Below are positions 37,991 to 48,176 of a stretch of 64,000 nt of DNA, piece after piece. The stretch's first letter is position 1. Each line of letters begins with the position of its first letter. The translations under genes were made by a program, and so were the position numbers. The stretch is from an uncultured Bacteroidales bacterium (GTDB lineage: Bacteria; Bacteroidota; Bacteroidia; Bacteroidales; FEN-979), in NCBI GenBank assembly GCA_963768805.1, contig CAVYJI010000012.1, positions 3,305-67,304 of the forward strand. Direction: 5' to 3'. The notes beneath the pieces were generated by a model. It was given only the letters and a program-made list of their open reading frames with translations, did no database searches and had not been told where the DNA came from.

Positions 37991-38662
37991 ATGGCAAAGC
38001 TAACTATCGTACCGACCCCCATCGGAAATCTCGAAGATATTACACTGCGGGCCATCCGTATCCTGAAGGAAGCTGACCTGGTACTTGCTGAAGACACACG
38101 AAAGACTCAAATCCTGTTCAGGCATTATGGAATAGAGAACAAGTTAACTTCTCATCATGCCTTCAACGAGCACAAATCGGTTCATACGGTCATTGAAAAG
38201 CTGAAAGGAGGATACACCATTGCCCTGGTGAGTGATGCCGGGACACCCGGGATCTCAGATCCGGGGTTTCTGTTGGTCAGGGAATGCCTGAAAGAAGATA
38301 TCCAGGTTGAATGCCTTCCAGGTCCTACTGCACTGATCCCTGCACTTGTAAATTCAGGCCTGCCCTGCGACCGTTTCATCTTTGAAGGCTTCCTTCCACA
38401 TAAAAAGGGCCGCCAAACCAGGTTGATGAGACTGGCAGAAGAAGAGAGCACCCTTGTGTTCTATGAATCACCACACCGTCTTGCAAAGACACTCGAACAG
38501 TTCCAGGCAATTTTTGGTCCTGACCGGCTCGCCTCTGTATCCAGGGAATTATCTAAAATCCATGAAGAAAATGCAAGGGGGACACTAGAAGAGCTGGAAA
38601 AATATTTCAGGGATAAGACCGTTAAAGGCGAGATCGTGATCGTGGTGGAAGGGAAAAAATAG
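37991..38662 (+). CDS. rsmI: 16S rRNA (cytidine1402-2'-O)-methyltransferase
   Basis: 223 aa with LTIVPTPIGNLEDITLRA, AEDTR, SDAGTPGISDPG and FYESPHR blocks. Confidence 0.95.
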   Translation: MAKLTIVPTPIGNLEDITLRAIRILKEADLVLAEDTRKTQILFRHYGIENKLTSHHAFNEHKSVHTVIEKLKGGYTIALVSDAGTPGISDPGFLLVRECLKEDIQVECLPGPTALIPALVNSGLPCDRFIFEGFLPHKKGRQTRLMRLAEEESTLVFYESPHRLAKTLEQFQAIFGPDRLASVSRELSKIHEENARGTLEELEKYFRDKTVKGEIVIVVEGKK

Positions 38663-38684
38663 AAAACCATTAACCTAATCCTTT

Positions 38685-39353
38685 ATGTGCGGACGTTATT
38701 CTTTTATCCTTGAAGATGAAATGATCAAGGAACGGTTTGGCGTCACCGTCAGAAGTGCCATCTACAAAGCCCGGTACAACTGCGCCCCTACCCAGAATCT
38801 TGCCGTCATATCAAATGAAAGCCCTGGGGAACTAAGCCTATACAGGTGGGGGCTTGTACCTTTCTGGGCAAAAGATCCTGCTATAGGAAATAAACTCATC
38901 AATGCCAGGGCGGAGACAATCCTTGAAAAGCCTGCATTCAAAAATTCCTTTAAAAGCAAAAGATGCCTGGTTCTCAGTGATGGCTTCTATGAATGGAAAA
39001 GAGATGCCCGTAAGACCCCTTTCAGGATAACCCGAAGGGATGGCTCAGCTTTTGCCATGGCAGGGATCTGGGACAAATGGATTGACCATAAAGGAGAGGA
39101 ACTCCGCTCTTTTGCCATTCTCACAACACATCCAAATTCACTGATGGAAAAAATTCATGACCGCATGCCGGTCATCCTTGACAGGGTAACGGAGAAGAGA
39201 TGGATTGAAGCCCCATCGCAGGAGGAGTTGATTGAGATGCTGAAGCCCCTTGAATCGTCTGCACTTATCGCCTACCCTGTTTCCACCCTGGTGAATTCAC
39301 CGAGGTATGATTCACCGGAGATCATGAAACCAGCCGGTGAACCGCTCAGTTAA
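38685..39353 (+). CDS. SOS response-associated peptidase (SRAP/YedK family)
   Basis: 222 aa with the invariant N-terminal MCGR(Y/F). Also shows the WGL.P.W and NAR.E. motifs and the FYEW block. Confidence 0.93.
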   Translation: MCGRYSFILEDEMIKERFGVTVRSAIYKARYNCAPTQNLAVISNESPGELSLYRWGLVPFWAKDPAIGNKLINARAETILEKPAFKNSFKSKRCLVLSDGFYEWKRDARKTPFRITRRDGSAFAMAGIWDKWIDHKGEELRSFAILTTHPNSLMEKIHDRMPVILDRVTEKRWIEAPSQEELIEMLKPLESSALIAYPVSTLVNSPRYDSPEIMKPAGEPLS

Positions 39354-40330
39354 TCCATCATCAGGTTGCAGCCACGCAGATCGCTGTAATCGAACCTGCC
39401 CAGCACTTCGAAAGTGTCATCACTGTTAATTCTTCCAATATCCTGGAGTGCAACGAAAGAACAGGAATTGAAATTGGCAAGGTCGATGACATTGATGCCA
39501 CCTGTTTTCCCGTCAGGGATCAGGCTAAGGGGATCATTCATATCACGTACCAGCACTTTCATCCATGGTGGTGTCCTGAACCGTCCATTTTCCTTCGCAT
39601 AAGCCTGTGAGAGTAATTCGGTCATTCCATATTCCGATTGGATCTGTCTGCACCTAAACCGTTCTGAAAGGAAAGCATGCAGTTCCTCCCGCATCAATTC
39701 TTTTCGTTTTCCCTTCATACCCCCTGTCTCCATGATGATCGCTCCAGGCAAGACCATCGGGAATTTCTCCGCAAAATCGATCAGAGCGTAGCTCAACCCG
39801 ATCAGCAGCGATCGTTTCCCGGAGGATTCGTGCTGTTCAAGCAACTTCGCGAGGATCTCCATGCGATCAAGGTAGAAGCCTGAATCCCCTGATCTGCTAT
39901 CCAGGATCCATCTCCTGATCATATAGATTAGAGAGGAATCAGGGTTTTGGTGCGGGTCAGGGGTCAGTGCGAAAATCGCAAAGTCGTTGACCGGTCCGTA
40001 ACAGCATTCAAATCCTTTCACCAGTGATTCATTATAAAGAAAAAGGTCATAGATAATATGACGGCTTCGTTCTGAGCCGGTAGTCCCGCTGCTCAAGAAT
40101 ATCTTTTCGGGTAAGGAGATACCTGAGACCACTGAATGAGTCTTGAAGAACGAAACAGGAAGAAAAGGCACCTGCGAATAATGAGTTATGCTTCCAGGAT
40201 CAATATTCAGGGTATCTGTATATTGCCTGTAAATCTCATTTTTCTCGTACTGAAAATGAAAAATATCCAGGGCAATGGCATTAAAAGAAACATTATCCAA
40301 CTGGCCGAAAATCCTTTTTTTAAGATCCAT
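39350..40330 (-). CDS. LuxE/PaaK-like acyl-protein synthetase/acyltransferase
   Basis: 326 aa with FQY..N..Y and PFLPV.FFK. It also has the SSGTTG adenylate-forming-like motif and a C-terminal RGCN. Confidence 0.82.
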   Translation of the reverse strand: MDLKKRIFGQLDNVSFNAIALDIFHFQYEKNEIYRQYTDTLNIDPGSITHYSQVPFLPVSFFKTHSVVSGISLPEKIFLSSGTTGSERSRHIIYDLFLYNESLVKGFECCYGPVNDFAIFALTPDPHQNPDSSLIYMIRRWILDSRSGDSGFYLDRMEILAKLLEQHESSGKRSLLIGLSYALIDFAEKFPMVLPGAIIMETGGMKGKRKELMREELHAFLSERFRCRQIQSEYGMTELLSQAYAKENGRFRTPPWMKVLVRDMNDPLSLIPDGKTGGINVIDLANFNSCSFVALQDIGRINSDDTFEVLGRFDYSDLRGCNLMMD

Positions 40331-40452
40331 TTTTCATATACTGATCTGATACTTACCGAAAAAATAGTAATTTTATTGCCCGGATCATTTTCACCTTCAC
40401 AAAACTGCAAAGGTAAGGTATCGGGAAGATCCAGATTTGAACAGCATCAAAT

Positions 40453-40965
40453 ATGAAAAAACGGCTTTTCTTCTTTTTTGTTCTCCTCACCGGAGCAATT
40501 CTCACGATTTTCAGCGGGTGCATGAAAAAGCAGAGTTTTTCTGACATCCCGCAGATTTCCTTCCAGTCAATGGAGTTACTTGTCGATACTGCGAATGTTG
40601 TGAGAATGGGTATTTTGACCATCAATTACCAGGATGGCAACGGAGATATCGGGCTGAACCCATCCGATACATTCCCTCCCTACCAGAAGAATGGTCCATA
40701 TTATTACAACTATATCATCAATTTTTTTGAAAAGCAGAATGGCGTTTTTCAACAGGTTAACCTGGATATCCCATTCAGCCTGAGAATTCCGGTATTAACG
40801 CCCAATGACCCCAATAAAGCGATCAAGGGTTTCATCACGGATAGTATCGATCTCTATCCTCCACCCCTTCATGATACCATCCAGTTTCAGGCTTATATCT
40901 ATGACCGCGCCCTAAATAAAAGCAACACGATCACCACACCTGAAATCGTCCTGAGGAGGAAATAG
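40453..40965 (+). CDS. Hypothetical lipoprotein
   Basis: 170 aa with a signal peptide and lipobox (IFSGC). It ends 5 nt before the mrdA ATG. Confidence 0.7.
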   Translation: MKKRLFFFFVLLTGAILTIFSGCMKKQSFSDIPQISFQSMELLVDTANVVRMGILTINYQDGNGDIGLNPSDTFPPYQKNGPYYYNYIINFFEKQNGVFQQVNLDIPFSLRIPVLTPNDPNKAIKGFITDSIDLYPPPLHDTIQFQAYIYDRALNKSNTITTPEIVLRRK

Positions 40966-40970
40966 GATCG

Positions 40971-42812
40971 ATGGAAAGTGTTTACTCGAAAAGGCAGATC
41001 ATTGTCATTGGTTTTTTCCTGTTAACCGGGTTGGCTTTTGTAATCAGGCTGTTCCTGGTCCAGATCGTGGCAGATAAATATATCCTTTCAGCCAACAACA
41101 ATGTGTTGCGTTATATGACCCAGTACCCTGCCAGGGGTCTGATCTATGACCGTTACGGAAAGTTACTTGTTTACAATGAAGCTGCTTATGACCTTATGGT
41201 CATTCCAAGGCAGGTAAAAAATGTTGATACTGCAGAATTGTGCCGCCTGCTGGAAATCGAAAAGAAAGATTTTATAGACCGGGTAGAAAAAGCAAGGTAC
41301 TATTCCCCTTACCGTCCTTCGATTTTTGAATCACAGATCACCCGTGAAAATTATGGTTACCTCGAAGAAAAGATGTTCCGTTTTCCCGGATTTTATGTTC
41401 AACCGCGTACACTTCGCAAATATACTTACCCGATTGCTGCGCATACCCTCGGATATATCGGAGAAGCCGGCCCGGATGTCATTGAAAGCAATTCATATTA
41501 TAAATCAGGAGATTACATTGGAATAAGCGGACTCGAAAAATCGTATGAAGAAGTACTTCGCGGAAAAAAAGGAATGAAGATCAGGGTTGTGGATGCACTT
41601 AACCGCGATAAAGGAAGCTTTCAGGGGGGTAAATATGATACGATCGCCTATGCCGGCACAGATCTTTATTCTTCGTTAGATGCCGATCTTCAATCCTATG
41701 GCGAGGAATTAATGACAGGAAAGAAGGGCAGTATTGTAGCCATAGAACCATCCACGGGAGAAATCCTTTGCATGATCACAAGTCCATCCTATGATCCCAA
41801 CCTCCTGGTAGGAAGGATCAGGAAAATCAATTATGTCAAACTCCTCGAGGATTCAATCATGGTCCCTTTGTTCAACCGGGCCATGATGGCCAGTTATCCT
41901 CCGGGATCGACGTTCAAGACCGTAGATGCCCTGATAGGGCAGCAGGCAGGTGTTCTGACCCCAGAGACCCGTTACAGTTGCCCTGGTGGGTTTCCCCTGG
42001 GAGATGGTAAGAAAGTAGCTTGTCACAATCACTTCTCACCACTTGATTTGAGACAGGCTGTCCAGCAATCCTGTAACACTTATTTTTGCCGTGTATTCAA
42101 GTCAATCATTGATAAAAGACCTTTTACTTCAACACGTGAAGGATACGAGTACTGGAGAAACCTGGTGATGAGTTTCGGGCTTGGTCATAAGGTTGGGATC
42201 GATCTGCCGGGAGAGCTGAACGGGAACATCCCATCCTCCAATTATTATGACCGGTATCATGGAAAGAACCGTTGGACCTCGATGGCGATCATCTCACTGG
42301 GTATCGGCCAGGGGGAGATCGGGATCACGCCGCTGCAGCTGGCAAATCTTGCAGCACTTATTTCCAATGATGGATTTTATTACACTCCGCATATCATAAG
42401 AGCGATCGGAAGAAGAGACAACCTGACCAAGGAGTTCAAAGAAAAGCATTATTGCAACGTCGATCCTCAATATTTTCCCATCGTGATTGAAGGCATGCAT
42501 GATGCGCTGCAAGCAGGAGGGACTGCATTTGAGTCAAGAGTAGACGGAATAGATATTTGCGGAAAAACAGGAACTGCACAAAATCCACATGGAAAGAATC
42601 ATTCAATATTCATTGCATTTGCACCGAAGGATAATCCCCGGATCGCTGTTGCCGTTGTGGTTGAAAATGCAGGTTTCGGAGCTACCTATGCAGCCCCCAT
42701 TGCATCACTGATCATCGAAAAATACATCAATCACGAAGTCAAACGCAAGGAGCTCGAACAAAGCATGATGAGCGGAATCTTATCGCATCAGGGAAAAGTA
42801 ATAGACCAATGA
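40971..42812 (+). CDS. mrdA: Penicillin-binding protein 2 (elongasome transpeptidase)
   Basis: 613 aa with an N-terminal TM, and the transpeptidase motifs STFK, SCN and KTGT. Confidence 0.95.
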   Translation: MESVYSKRQIIVIGFFLLTGLAFVIRLFLVQIVADKYILSANNNVLRYMTQYPARGLIYDRYGKLLVYNEAAYDLMVIPRQVKNVDTAELCRLLEIEKKDFIDRVEKARYYSPYRPSIFESQITRENYGYLEEKMFRFPGFYVQPRTLRKYTYPIAAHTLGYIGEAGPDVIESNSYYKSGDYIGISGLEKSYEEVLRGKKGMKIRVVDALNRDKGSFQGGKYDTIAYAGTDLYSSLDADLQSYGEELMTGKKGSIVAIEPSTGEILCMITSPSYDPNLLVGRIRKINYVKLLEDSIMVPLFNRAMMASYPPGSTFKTVDALIGQQAGVLTPETRYSCPGGFPLGDGKKVACHNHFSPLDLRQAVQQSCNTYFCRVFKSIIDKRPFTSTREGYEYWRNLVMSFGLGHKVGIDLPGELNGNIPSSNYYDRYHGKNRWTSMAIISLGIGQGEIGITPLQLANLAALISNDGFYYTPHIIRAIGRRDNLTKEFKEKHYCNVDPQYFPIVIEGMHDALQAGGTAFESRVDGIDICGKTGTAQNPHGKNHSIFIAFAPKDNPRIAVAVVVENAGFGATYAAPIASLIIEKYINHEVKRKELEQSMMSGILSHQGKVIDQ

Positions 42813-44068
42813 GAGAACGTCACGGAGTATTTGAACACATAGACTGGTGGCTGGTAATTATTTTCCTGCTTCTTGTGACTATCGGATGGATCAATATCTA
42901 TGCAGCCGTTTATGATGAGAACCATATAAGCATCATTGATATGCATGTAAAATATGGGAAACAGCTGGCCTGGGTACTTGCAGGGCTATTCATCGGATTT
43001 ATCATTCTCCTGATCGATGGAAAATTCTTTTCACAGTTTGCTTACCTGATTTATATTGTCTGTATTGTATTACTTATTGCCGTCATTTTCATGGGGAAAG
43101 AGATCTACGGCTCAAAATCCTGGTTCCAGTTTGCAGGTATTGCTATGCAGCCAGGAGAGTTTGCAAAGATGGGAACGGCTCTCGCACTGGCGAAATTCCT
43201 GAGCAAGTTAGAGATTGACCTGAAGACAAGAAAAGATCTTTTAACTGCGACAGGTATTATTCTCCTCCCGGCATTTCTCATTTTCCTGGAACATGATACC
43301 GGTTCGGCAATTGTCTTCTCTGCCTTCATTCTTGTATTATACAGGGCAGGGTTATCCGAAAAACTGGTCATCGGGCTTGTGCTTGTTCCTTTGCTTGCGG
43401 TACTTTCCCTGCTGATCAATAAATTCATTATTCTCGGCGTACTTTTTATTATTGCAGTGATGTTCTTCCTTTATTCAAAACGAAAGATCCGGAACATCTT
43501 ACATATTTCACTCGTTTATCTTGCTTTTGCAGGATTCGTCTTTTCAGTAAATTTTGCCGTTAATCACATCCTTGAACCGCATCAGAGGGTCCGTGTGAAT
43601 GTGCTGATCGGGAAGGAAACTGACCTGCAGGGAGCAGGCTATAATGTTAATCAGTCATTGATAGCAATTGGTTCAGGAGGTGTCTGGGGAAAGGGGTTTT
43701 TACAGGGGACCCAAACCAAGTACAATTTTGTACCAAAACAAAGTACCGATTTTATCTTTTGTACCATTGGAGAAGAATGGGGTTTTGCAGGCAGTCTTGC
43801 TGTGATTGGTCTCTTTTGTGCATTACTTATCAGGATCATCATTGTTGCAGAGAGGCAACGTTCGAGGTTCAGCCGGTTTTATGGTTATGGTGTCGCTTCC
43901 ATGATCTTCTTTCATTTCACAATAAACATCGGGATGGCACTTGGTCTGATCCCGGTGATAGGCATTCCCCTGCCATTCTTCAGCTATGGCGGATCCTCGC
44001 TATGGGCTTTCACCCTCATGCTGTTTATTTTTATCCGCCAGGATTCTTACCGTTATGAGTTGCTTTAA
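42809..44068 (+). CDS. rodA: Rod shape-determining SEDS glycosyltransferase RodA
   Basis: 419 aa, polytopic. It has an ATGA overlap with mrdA and FtsW/RodA blocks (QPGEFAK, TDFIF, PLPFFSYGGSS). Confidence 0.95.
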   Translation: MRERHGVFEHIDWWLVIIFLLLVTIGWINIYAAVYDENHISIIDMHVKYGKQLAWVLAGLFIGFIILLIDGKFFSQFAYLIYIVCIVLLIAVIFMGKEIYGSKSWFQFAGIAMQPGEFAKMGTALALAKFLSKLEIDLKTRKDLLTATGIILLPAFLIFLEHDTGSAIVFSAFILVLYRAGLSEKLVIGLVLVPLLAVLSLLINKFIILGVLFIIAVMFFLYSKRKIRNILHISLVYLAFAGFVFSVNFAVNHILEPHQRVRVNVLIGKETDLQGAGYNVNQSLIAIGSGGVWGKGFLQGTQTKYNFVPKQSTDFIFCTIGEEWGFAGSLAVIGLFCALLIRIIIVAERQRSRFSRFYGYGVASMIFFHFTINIGMALGLIPVIGIPLPFFSYGGSSLWAFTLMLFIFIRQDSYRYELL

Positions 44069-44178
44069 CAACCCGGGTTGGAAAGCATTAATTGTAACTT
44101 TTTCATTTTTATAGCGTCAGACTAACAATTATGCGTTATCAACATGAATTTTAATGTAATTTTGAAAAAACACTTTAT

Positions 44179-44907
44179 ATGAGAACAAAACTGATTCTAT
44201 TTATTACGGTTGCATTGATTGGCTCACTAAGTTGCAGGGCACAGGAAGCAAATCTTGAGGATATACTGTCTGCTTATTACAAAGCAAATGGAATTGACAA
44301 GATTAAAGACTGGCAAACGATTATCAGCACTGGAAAAACCATTGCCCAGGGAACTGAATTCCCCTTTACATATTTTCTGAAACGTCCGGGAAAATTAAGG
44401 ACAGAGGCAGAAATCCAGGGAAACAAAATGATCTCAGCATTCGATGGAACTAATGGTTGGAGCATCATCCCCTGGTCGGGATCTTCAGATCCGCAGGATA
44501 TGACCGCAGATGATATCAAGGGTATGAAAGACCAGACTGACCCTGAAGGCGGACTTTACAACTGGAAAGAAAAAGGACATAAGGCGGAGCTGCTGGGGAA
44601 AGAAGATCTTGACGGGACCCCTGCCTATAAAATCAAACTTACAAGGGTCGATGGAAATATAGAAACATGGTTCATTGATGCAGAGACCTATATCCCGCTA
44701 AAGATGATCTCCGATGCGAAAATACAGGGTAATGATGTTGAAAGTGAATGTTACTTCTCAAATTATGCTGATTTCCACGGAGCTCTGATGGCCAAGACAA
44801 TGACTAACAAATATAAGGGACAAACTGTCTCCCAGATTGAAATAGAGAAAGTTGACATTAACCTTCCGGTTAGCGATAGTCTCTTCATCAAACCGATAAA
44901 AAAATAG
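44179..44907 (+). CDS. LolA-like outer-membrane lipoprotein-sorting-fold protein
   Basis: 242 aa with a signal peptide. The beta-rich pattern and its pairing with the downstream BNR/sortilin-type protein are typical of this family. Assignment is by recollection of family features only. Confidence 0.65.
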   Translation: MRTKLILFITVALIGSLSCRAQEANLEDILSAYYKANGIDKIKDWQTIISTGKTIAQGTEFPFTYFLKRPGKLRTEAEIQGNKMISAFDGTNGWSIIPWSGSSDPQDMTADDIKGMKDQTDPEGGLYNWKEKGHKAELLGKEDLDGTPAYKIKLTRVDGNIETWFIDAETYIPLKMISDAKIQGNDVESECYFSNYADFHGALMAKTMTNKYKGQTVSQIEIEKVDINLPVSDSLFIKPIKK

Positions 44908-44936
44908 ATTTCGTTTAATCTTCCAGCCTGAATCTT

Positions 44937-47900
44937 ATGACACGTTCGATTTTAATTGCCGTGTTCGCCCTTTGTTTACAGGCACTCGTTGCGCAGACAC
45001 GGGTGGACGAAAACACCTTTGGTGATATCAAGGCACGCCAGATAGGCCCTGCCATCATGAGTGGCCGTATCTCAGCTATCGATGCTGTTGACAACAACCC
45101 GGCACTGCTTTACGTGGGTGCTGCCAGCGGTGGGTTGTGGAAGTCAAAAAACTACGGTACTACCTTTAAACCGGTATTTGATAAATACTGTCAATCGATT
45201 GGAAGCATTGCGATCGATCAGAACCATCCCGATACCATATGGGTAGGGACCGGCGAAGTATGGGTACGGAATTCCACTTCTGTCGGCGATGGAATATACA
45301 AAACAACGAATGCAGGAGATACCTGGCAGAAGATGGGCCTCGACAAGACCGAACGCATCGGAAAGATCGTCGTCAACCCGAAAAATTCCAATGTGGTTTT
45401 TGTGGCAGCACTGGGGAATCTCTGGAACTCCAGTCCGGACAGGGGACTGTTCAAAACCACGGATGGCGGTAAGACCTGGGAGAAAATACTCTATGTAGAT
45501 GAGAATACCGGATGTTCTGATGTAGCTGTCGACCCTACTGATCCTGATATTGTCTATGCAGGCATGTGGGAATTCAGGAGGACTCCCTGGTCATTCAGCT
45601 CAGGAGGCAAGGGAAGCGGATTATTCAGATCAGCTGATGGCGGAAAGACCTGGACTAAGATATCCGCAGGACTGCCAACCGGCATGCTGGGAAGAGTAAC
45701 CCTTGCGATATCTCCAGTCAAATCATCCATCGTATATGCATTGATAGAAGCGACCAAAACAGGTCTCTACAAATCGAGCGATAAGGGGATTACCTGGAAC
45801 CTCGCTTCCCAGTCGGAGGCAGTGAACGACAGGCCATTTTACTTCTCATTACTTGCCCTGGATACACAGGATACCAACATCGTTTACAAACCAGGGTTTT
45901 CATTGTTCAAGAGCACTGATGGAGGTAAAACATTCAGCTCAGCTGCAGTTGAAGGCGGAAACTACCACGGCGACTGCCACCCGGTTTACATCGGGAAAAA
46001 AGATCATGATCTGATCTATATGGGTACCGACGGTGGTGTTTATTATTCAATGGACAAAGGCAATACGTGGCGGTTCATGAGAAACCTTCCGGTTTCTCAG
46101 TTTTATCATGTAAGTATAGATAAAGCCGATCCCTTTAACGTTTACGGCGGACTTCAGGACAACGGCTCGTGGTACGGTCCATCCAGCTCATCGTCAGGCA
46201 TCACCAACAGCAGCTGGAAAAGCGTGGGCTTTGGAGATGGCTTTTATGTTTATTGCGACAAACTGGATTCAACCATTCTCTATTGGCAGTTCCAGGGCGG
46301 GAAGATAGCACGATACTCCCTAAAGACTGGCGAGTATAAATCTCTGATCCCCTTTAAGGACAAAGACACAAAGGATCTGCGTTTTAACTGGAATGCTCCC
46401 CTGGTATTCAGCCCGGACAGGAATACTTTTTATCTTGGGGCTCAATATCTTTACAAGACAAATAACCGTGGCGATAGCTGGCAAAGGATATCGCCGGACC
46501 TGACTACAGATGATCCTCTAAAGGAAAAGCAAGAGAATTCAGGTGGGCTGACTATTGATAATTCTTCTGCGGAAAACCATTGCACGATCTATACAATCAA
46601 TGAATCGCCACTCGACAGTCTCATTATCTGGGCAGGTACCGATGACGGCAACCTGCAGGTGACGGCAGATGGTGGGAAAACATGGTCGAATGTGGTAAAG
46701 AATATAACGGGATTGCCTGCCCATACCTGGTGTTCGTATATTGAGCCGGGACGTTTCGATAAGAATACGGCTTATGCAACATTCGATGGACATAGGATGG
46801 GTGACAAAACGCCCTATGTTTTCAAATCCACTGACCTCGGAAAAACATGGGCACCCCTGGCCGATACCATGATCAAAGCCTATTGCCATGTTATCATACA
46901 GGATCTTGTAAATCCCAACCTGTTGTTCCTGGGGACTGAATCCGGACTTTATATTTCTTTAAACGGCGGAAAGAACTGGGCTAATTTTAAAGGTGAAGTG
47001 CCTAAGGTCCCTGTGATGGATATGGTAATCCATCCAAGGGAACAGTCGCTGGTACTGGCAACCCACGGACGCGGGATCATGATCATTGACGACCTGACCC
47101 CATTCCGCCAGTTATCGCAGGATCTCCTGGATTCAGATATCAAACTCGTCAAGACCAAAGACTATGTAATTCGGGAAGGCTCTTACACTCAGGAATGGAA
47201 TGGTGATGATGAATTTATCGGGAAGGTTCCCGAAGAATCGGTGCCGATTCTGTATTATATGAAGAAACGACAGATCTTCGGTGACCTTAAGGTCGGGATC
47301 TATGATCAGGCTGGAAAGCTGATGAAGAAGATCGGTGGCGGTACACATAAAGGGATCAACCAGGTGAACTGGACCATCAGGATGAAACCACCAAAAGTGC
47401 CTGTATCTCCGCAGATGGAAGGGGAAGCCATGGCAGGACCTGAATATTCACCTGGTGTATATACGGTCAGGCTGATCAGGAACAATGATTCAATTGAAAC
47501 AAAAATAAAGCTTGTACCTGATCCTAAATCCCTTTATTCCATGGAAGACAGGGATGTAAGACAAAAAGCCCTGATGAAGGCGTACAATCTGCTTGAATCA
47601 CTGGCTTACCTTGACCGGCAGGAAAAGGATATACGCGACCAGGCTACCCACCTTGCAAATGATGTCCCGAAACCACTTGCAAAACAGCTGAAAGCCATTA
47701 CAATCCGGATGGATACTCTGCATATGAAGCTTGTTTCTGTTAAAGAAGGCAAGGTAACCGGTGAGGAAAGGCTCAGGGAGAAACTAGGATTTATTTATGG
47801 CTCTATTATGAGTTTCAGAGGAAAGCCCACAGATTCACAACTATCCGGTCTTGATCTGCTTAGCAAAGAGTTTGATTCAAACCGTACTGCAATCGATAAC

Positions 47901-47999
47901 TTCATGGCAGAAGAGCTCGTTGCTGTGAATAAAGAACTTGCAGGACTAAAAAAACCGGAAATCAAACCCATATCCCTGGAAGACTTTCAGAAGCAGTAA
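44937..47999 (+). CDS. Sortilin/VPS10-type tandem beta-propeller protein with BNR (Asp-box) repeats
   Basis: 1020 aa with a signal peptide and at least 10 S/T-x-D-x-G-x-T-W Asp-boxes (TTDGGKTWE, SADGGKTWT, STDGGKTF, TADGGKTWS and others). Confidence 0.9.
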   Translation: MTRSILIAVFALCLQALVAQTRVDENTFGDIKARQIGPAIMSGRISAIDAVDNNPALLYVGAASGGLWKSKNYGTTFKPVFDKYCQSIGSIAIDQNHPDTIWVGTGEVWVRNSTSVGDGIYKTTNAGDTWQKMGLDKTERIGKIVVNPKNSNVVFVAALGNLWNSSPDRGLFKTTDGGKTWEKILYVDENTGCSDVAVDPTDPDIVYAGMWEFRRTPWSFSSGGKGSGLFRSADGGKTWTKISAGLPTGMLGRVTLAISPVKSSIVYALIEATKTGLYKSSDKGITWNLASQSEAVNDRPFYFSLLALDTQDTNIVYKPGFSLFKSTDGGKTFSSAAVEGGNYHGDCHPVYIGKKDHDLIYMGTDGGVYYSMDKGNTWRFMRNLPVSQFYHVSIDKADPFNVYGGLQDNGSWYGPSSSSSGITNSSWKSVGFGDGFYVYCDKLDSTILYWQFQGGKIARYSLKTGEYKSLIPFKDKDTKDLRFNWNAPLVFSPDRNTFYLGAQYLYKTNNRGDSWQRISPDLTTDDPLKEKQENSGGLTIDNSSAENHCTIYTINESPLDSLIIWAGTDDGNLQVTADGGKTWSNVVKNITGLPAHTWCSYIEPGRFDKNTAYATFDGHRMGDKTPYVFKSTDLGKTWAPLADTMIKAYCHVIIQDLVNPNLLFLGTESGLYISLNGGKNWANFKGEVPKVPVMDMVIHPREQSLVLATHGRGIMIIDDLTPFRQLSQDLLDSDIKLVKTKDYVIREGSYTQEWNGDDEFIGKVPEESVPILYYMKKRQIFGDLKVGIYDQAGKLMKKIGGGTHKGINQVNWTIRMKPPKVPVSPQMEGEAMAGPEYSPGVYTVRLIRNNDSIETKIKLVPDPKSLYSMEDRDVRQKALMKAYNLLESLAYLDRQEKDIRDQATHLANDVPKPLAKQLKAITIRMDTLHMKLVSVKEGKVTGEERLREKLGFIYGSIMSFRGKPTDSQLSGLDLLSKEFDSNRTAIDNFMAEELVAVNKELAGLKKPEIKPISLEDFQKQ

Positions 48000-48000
48000 A

Positions 48001-48166
48001 ATCACGGGTATGAACCCCAGGGCAAGCCTTGGACCCATATTCCGCCGCAGAGCAGCGGGGTACCTGCCGGCAGGCAGGCAGGTTATACGCTCTGCCTTCG
48101 TCGGGATTGTTCAACTATCAATTTTAATTCACTATGTTCTTAAAATTGAAGTTTCACGAATAAAAA
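48001..48166 (+). repeat. Dispersed structured element, copy B
   Basis: Same conserved arms as 20034-20168. The central hairpin is longer: GCAGAGC...GCTCTGC enclosing ACCTGCC-GGCAGGCA-GGCAGGT, which includes a (GGCA)3 microrepeat. Confidence 0.8.
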
Positions 48167-48176
48167 CAGAGAGGTG

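Noticed and set aside
20034-48166. The two copies of the dispersed element are direct repeats that flank a 28-kb segment. This could be read as attL/attR of an integrated mobile element.
   Set aside because: The enclosed genes are core housekeeping (pheS, fabF, acpP, pgi, purN, mrdA, rodA, rsmI and others). There is no integrase, transposase, conjugation or phage gene, and no obvious compositional shift by eye.
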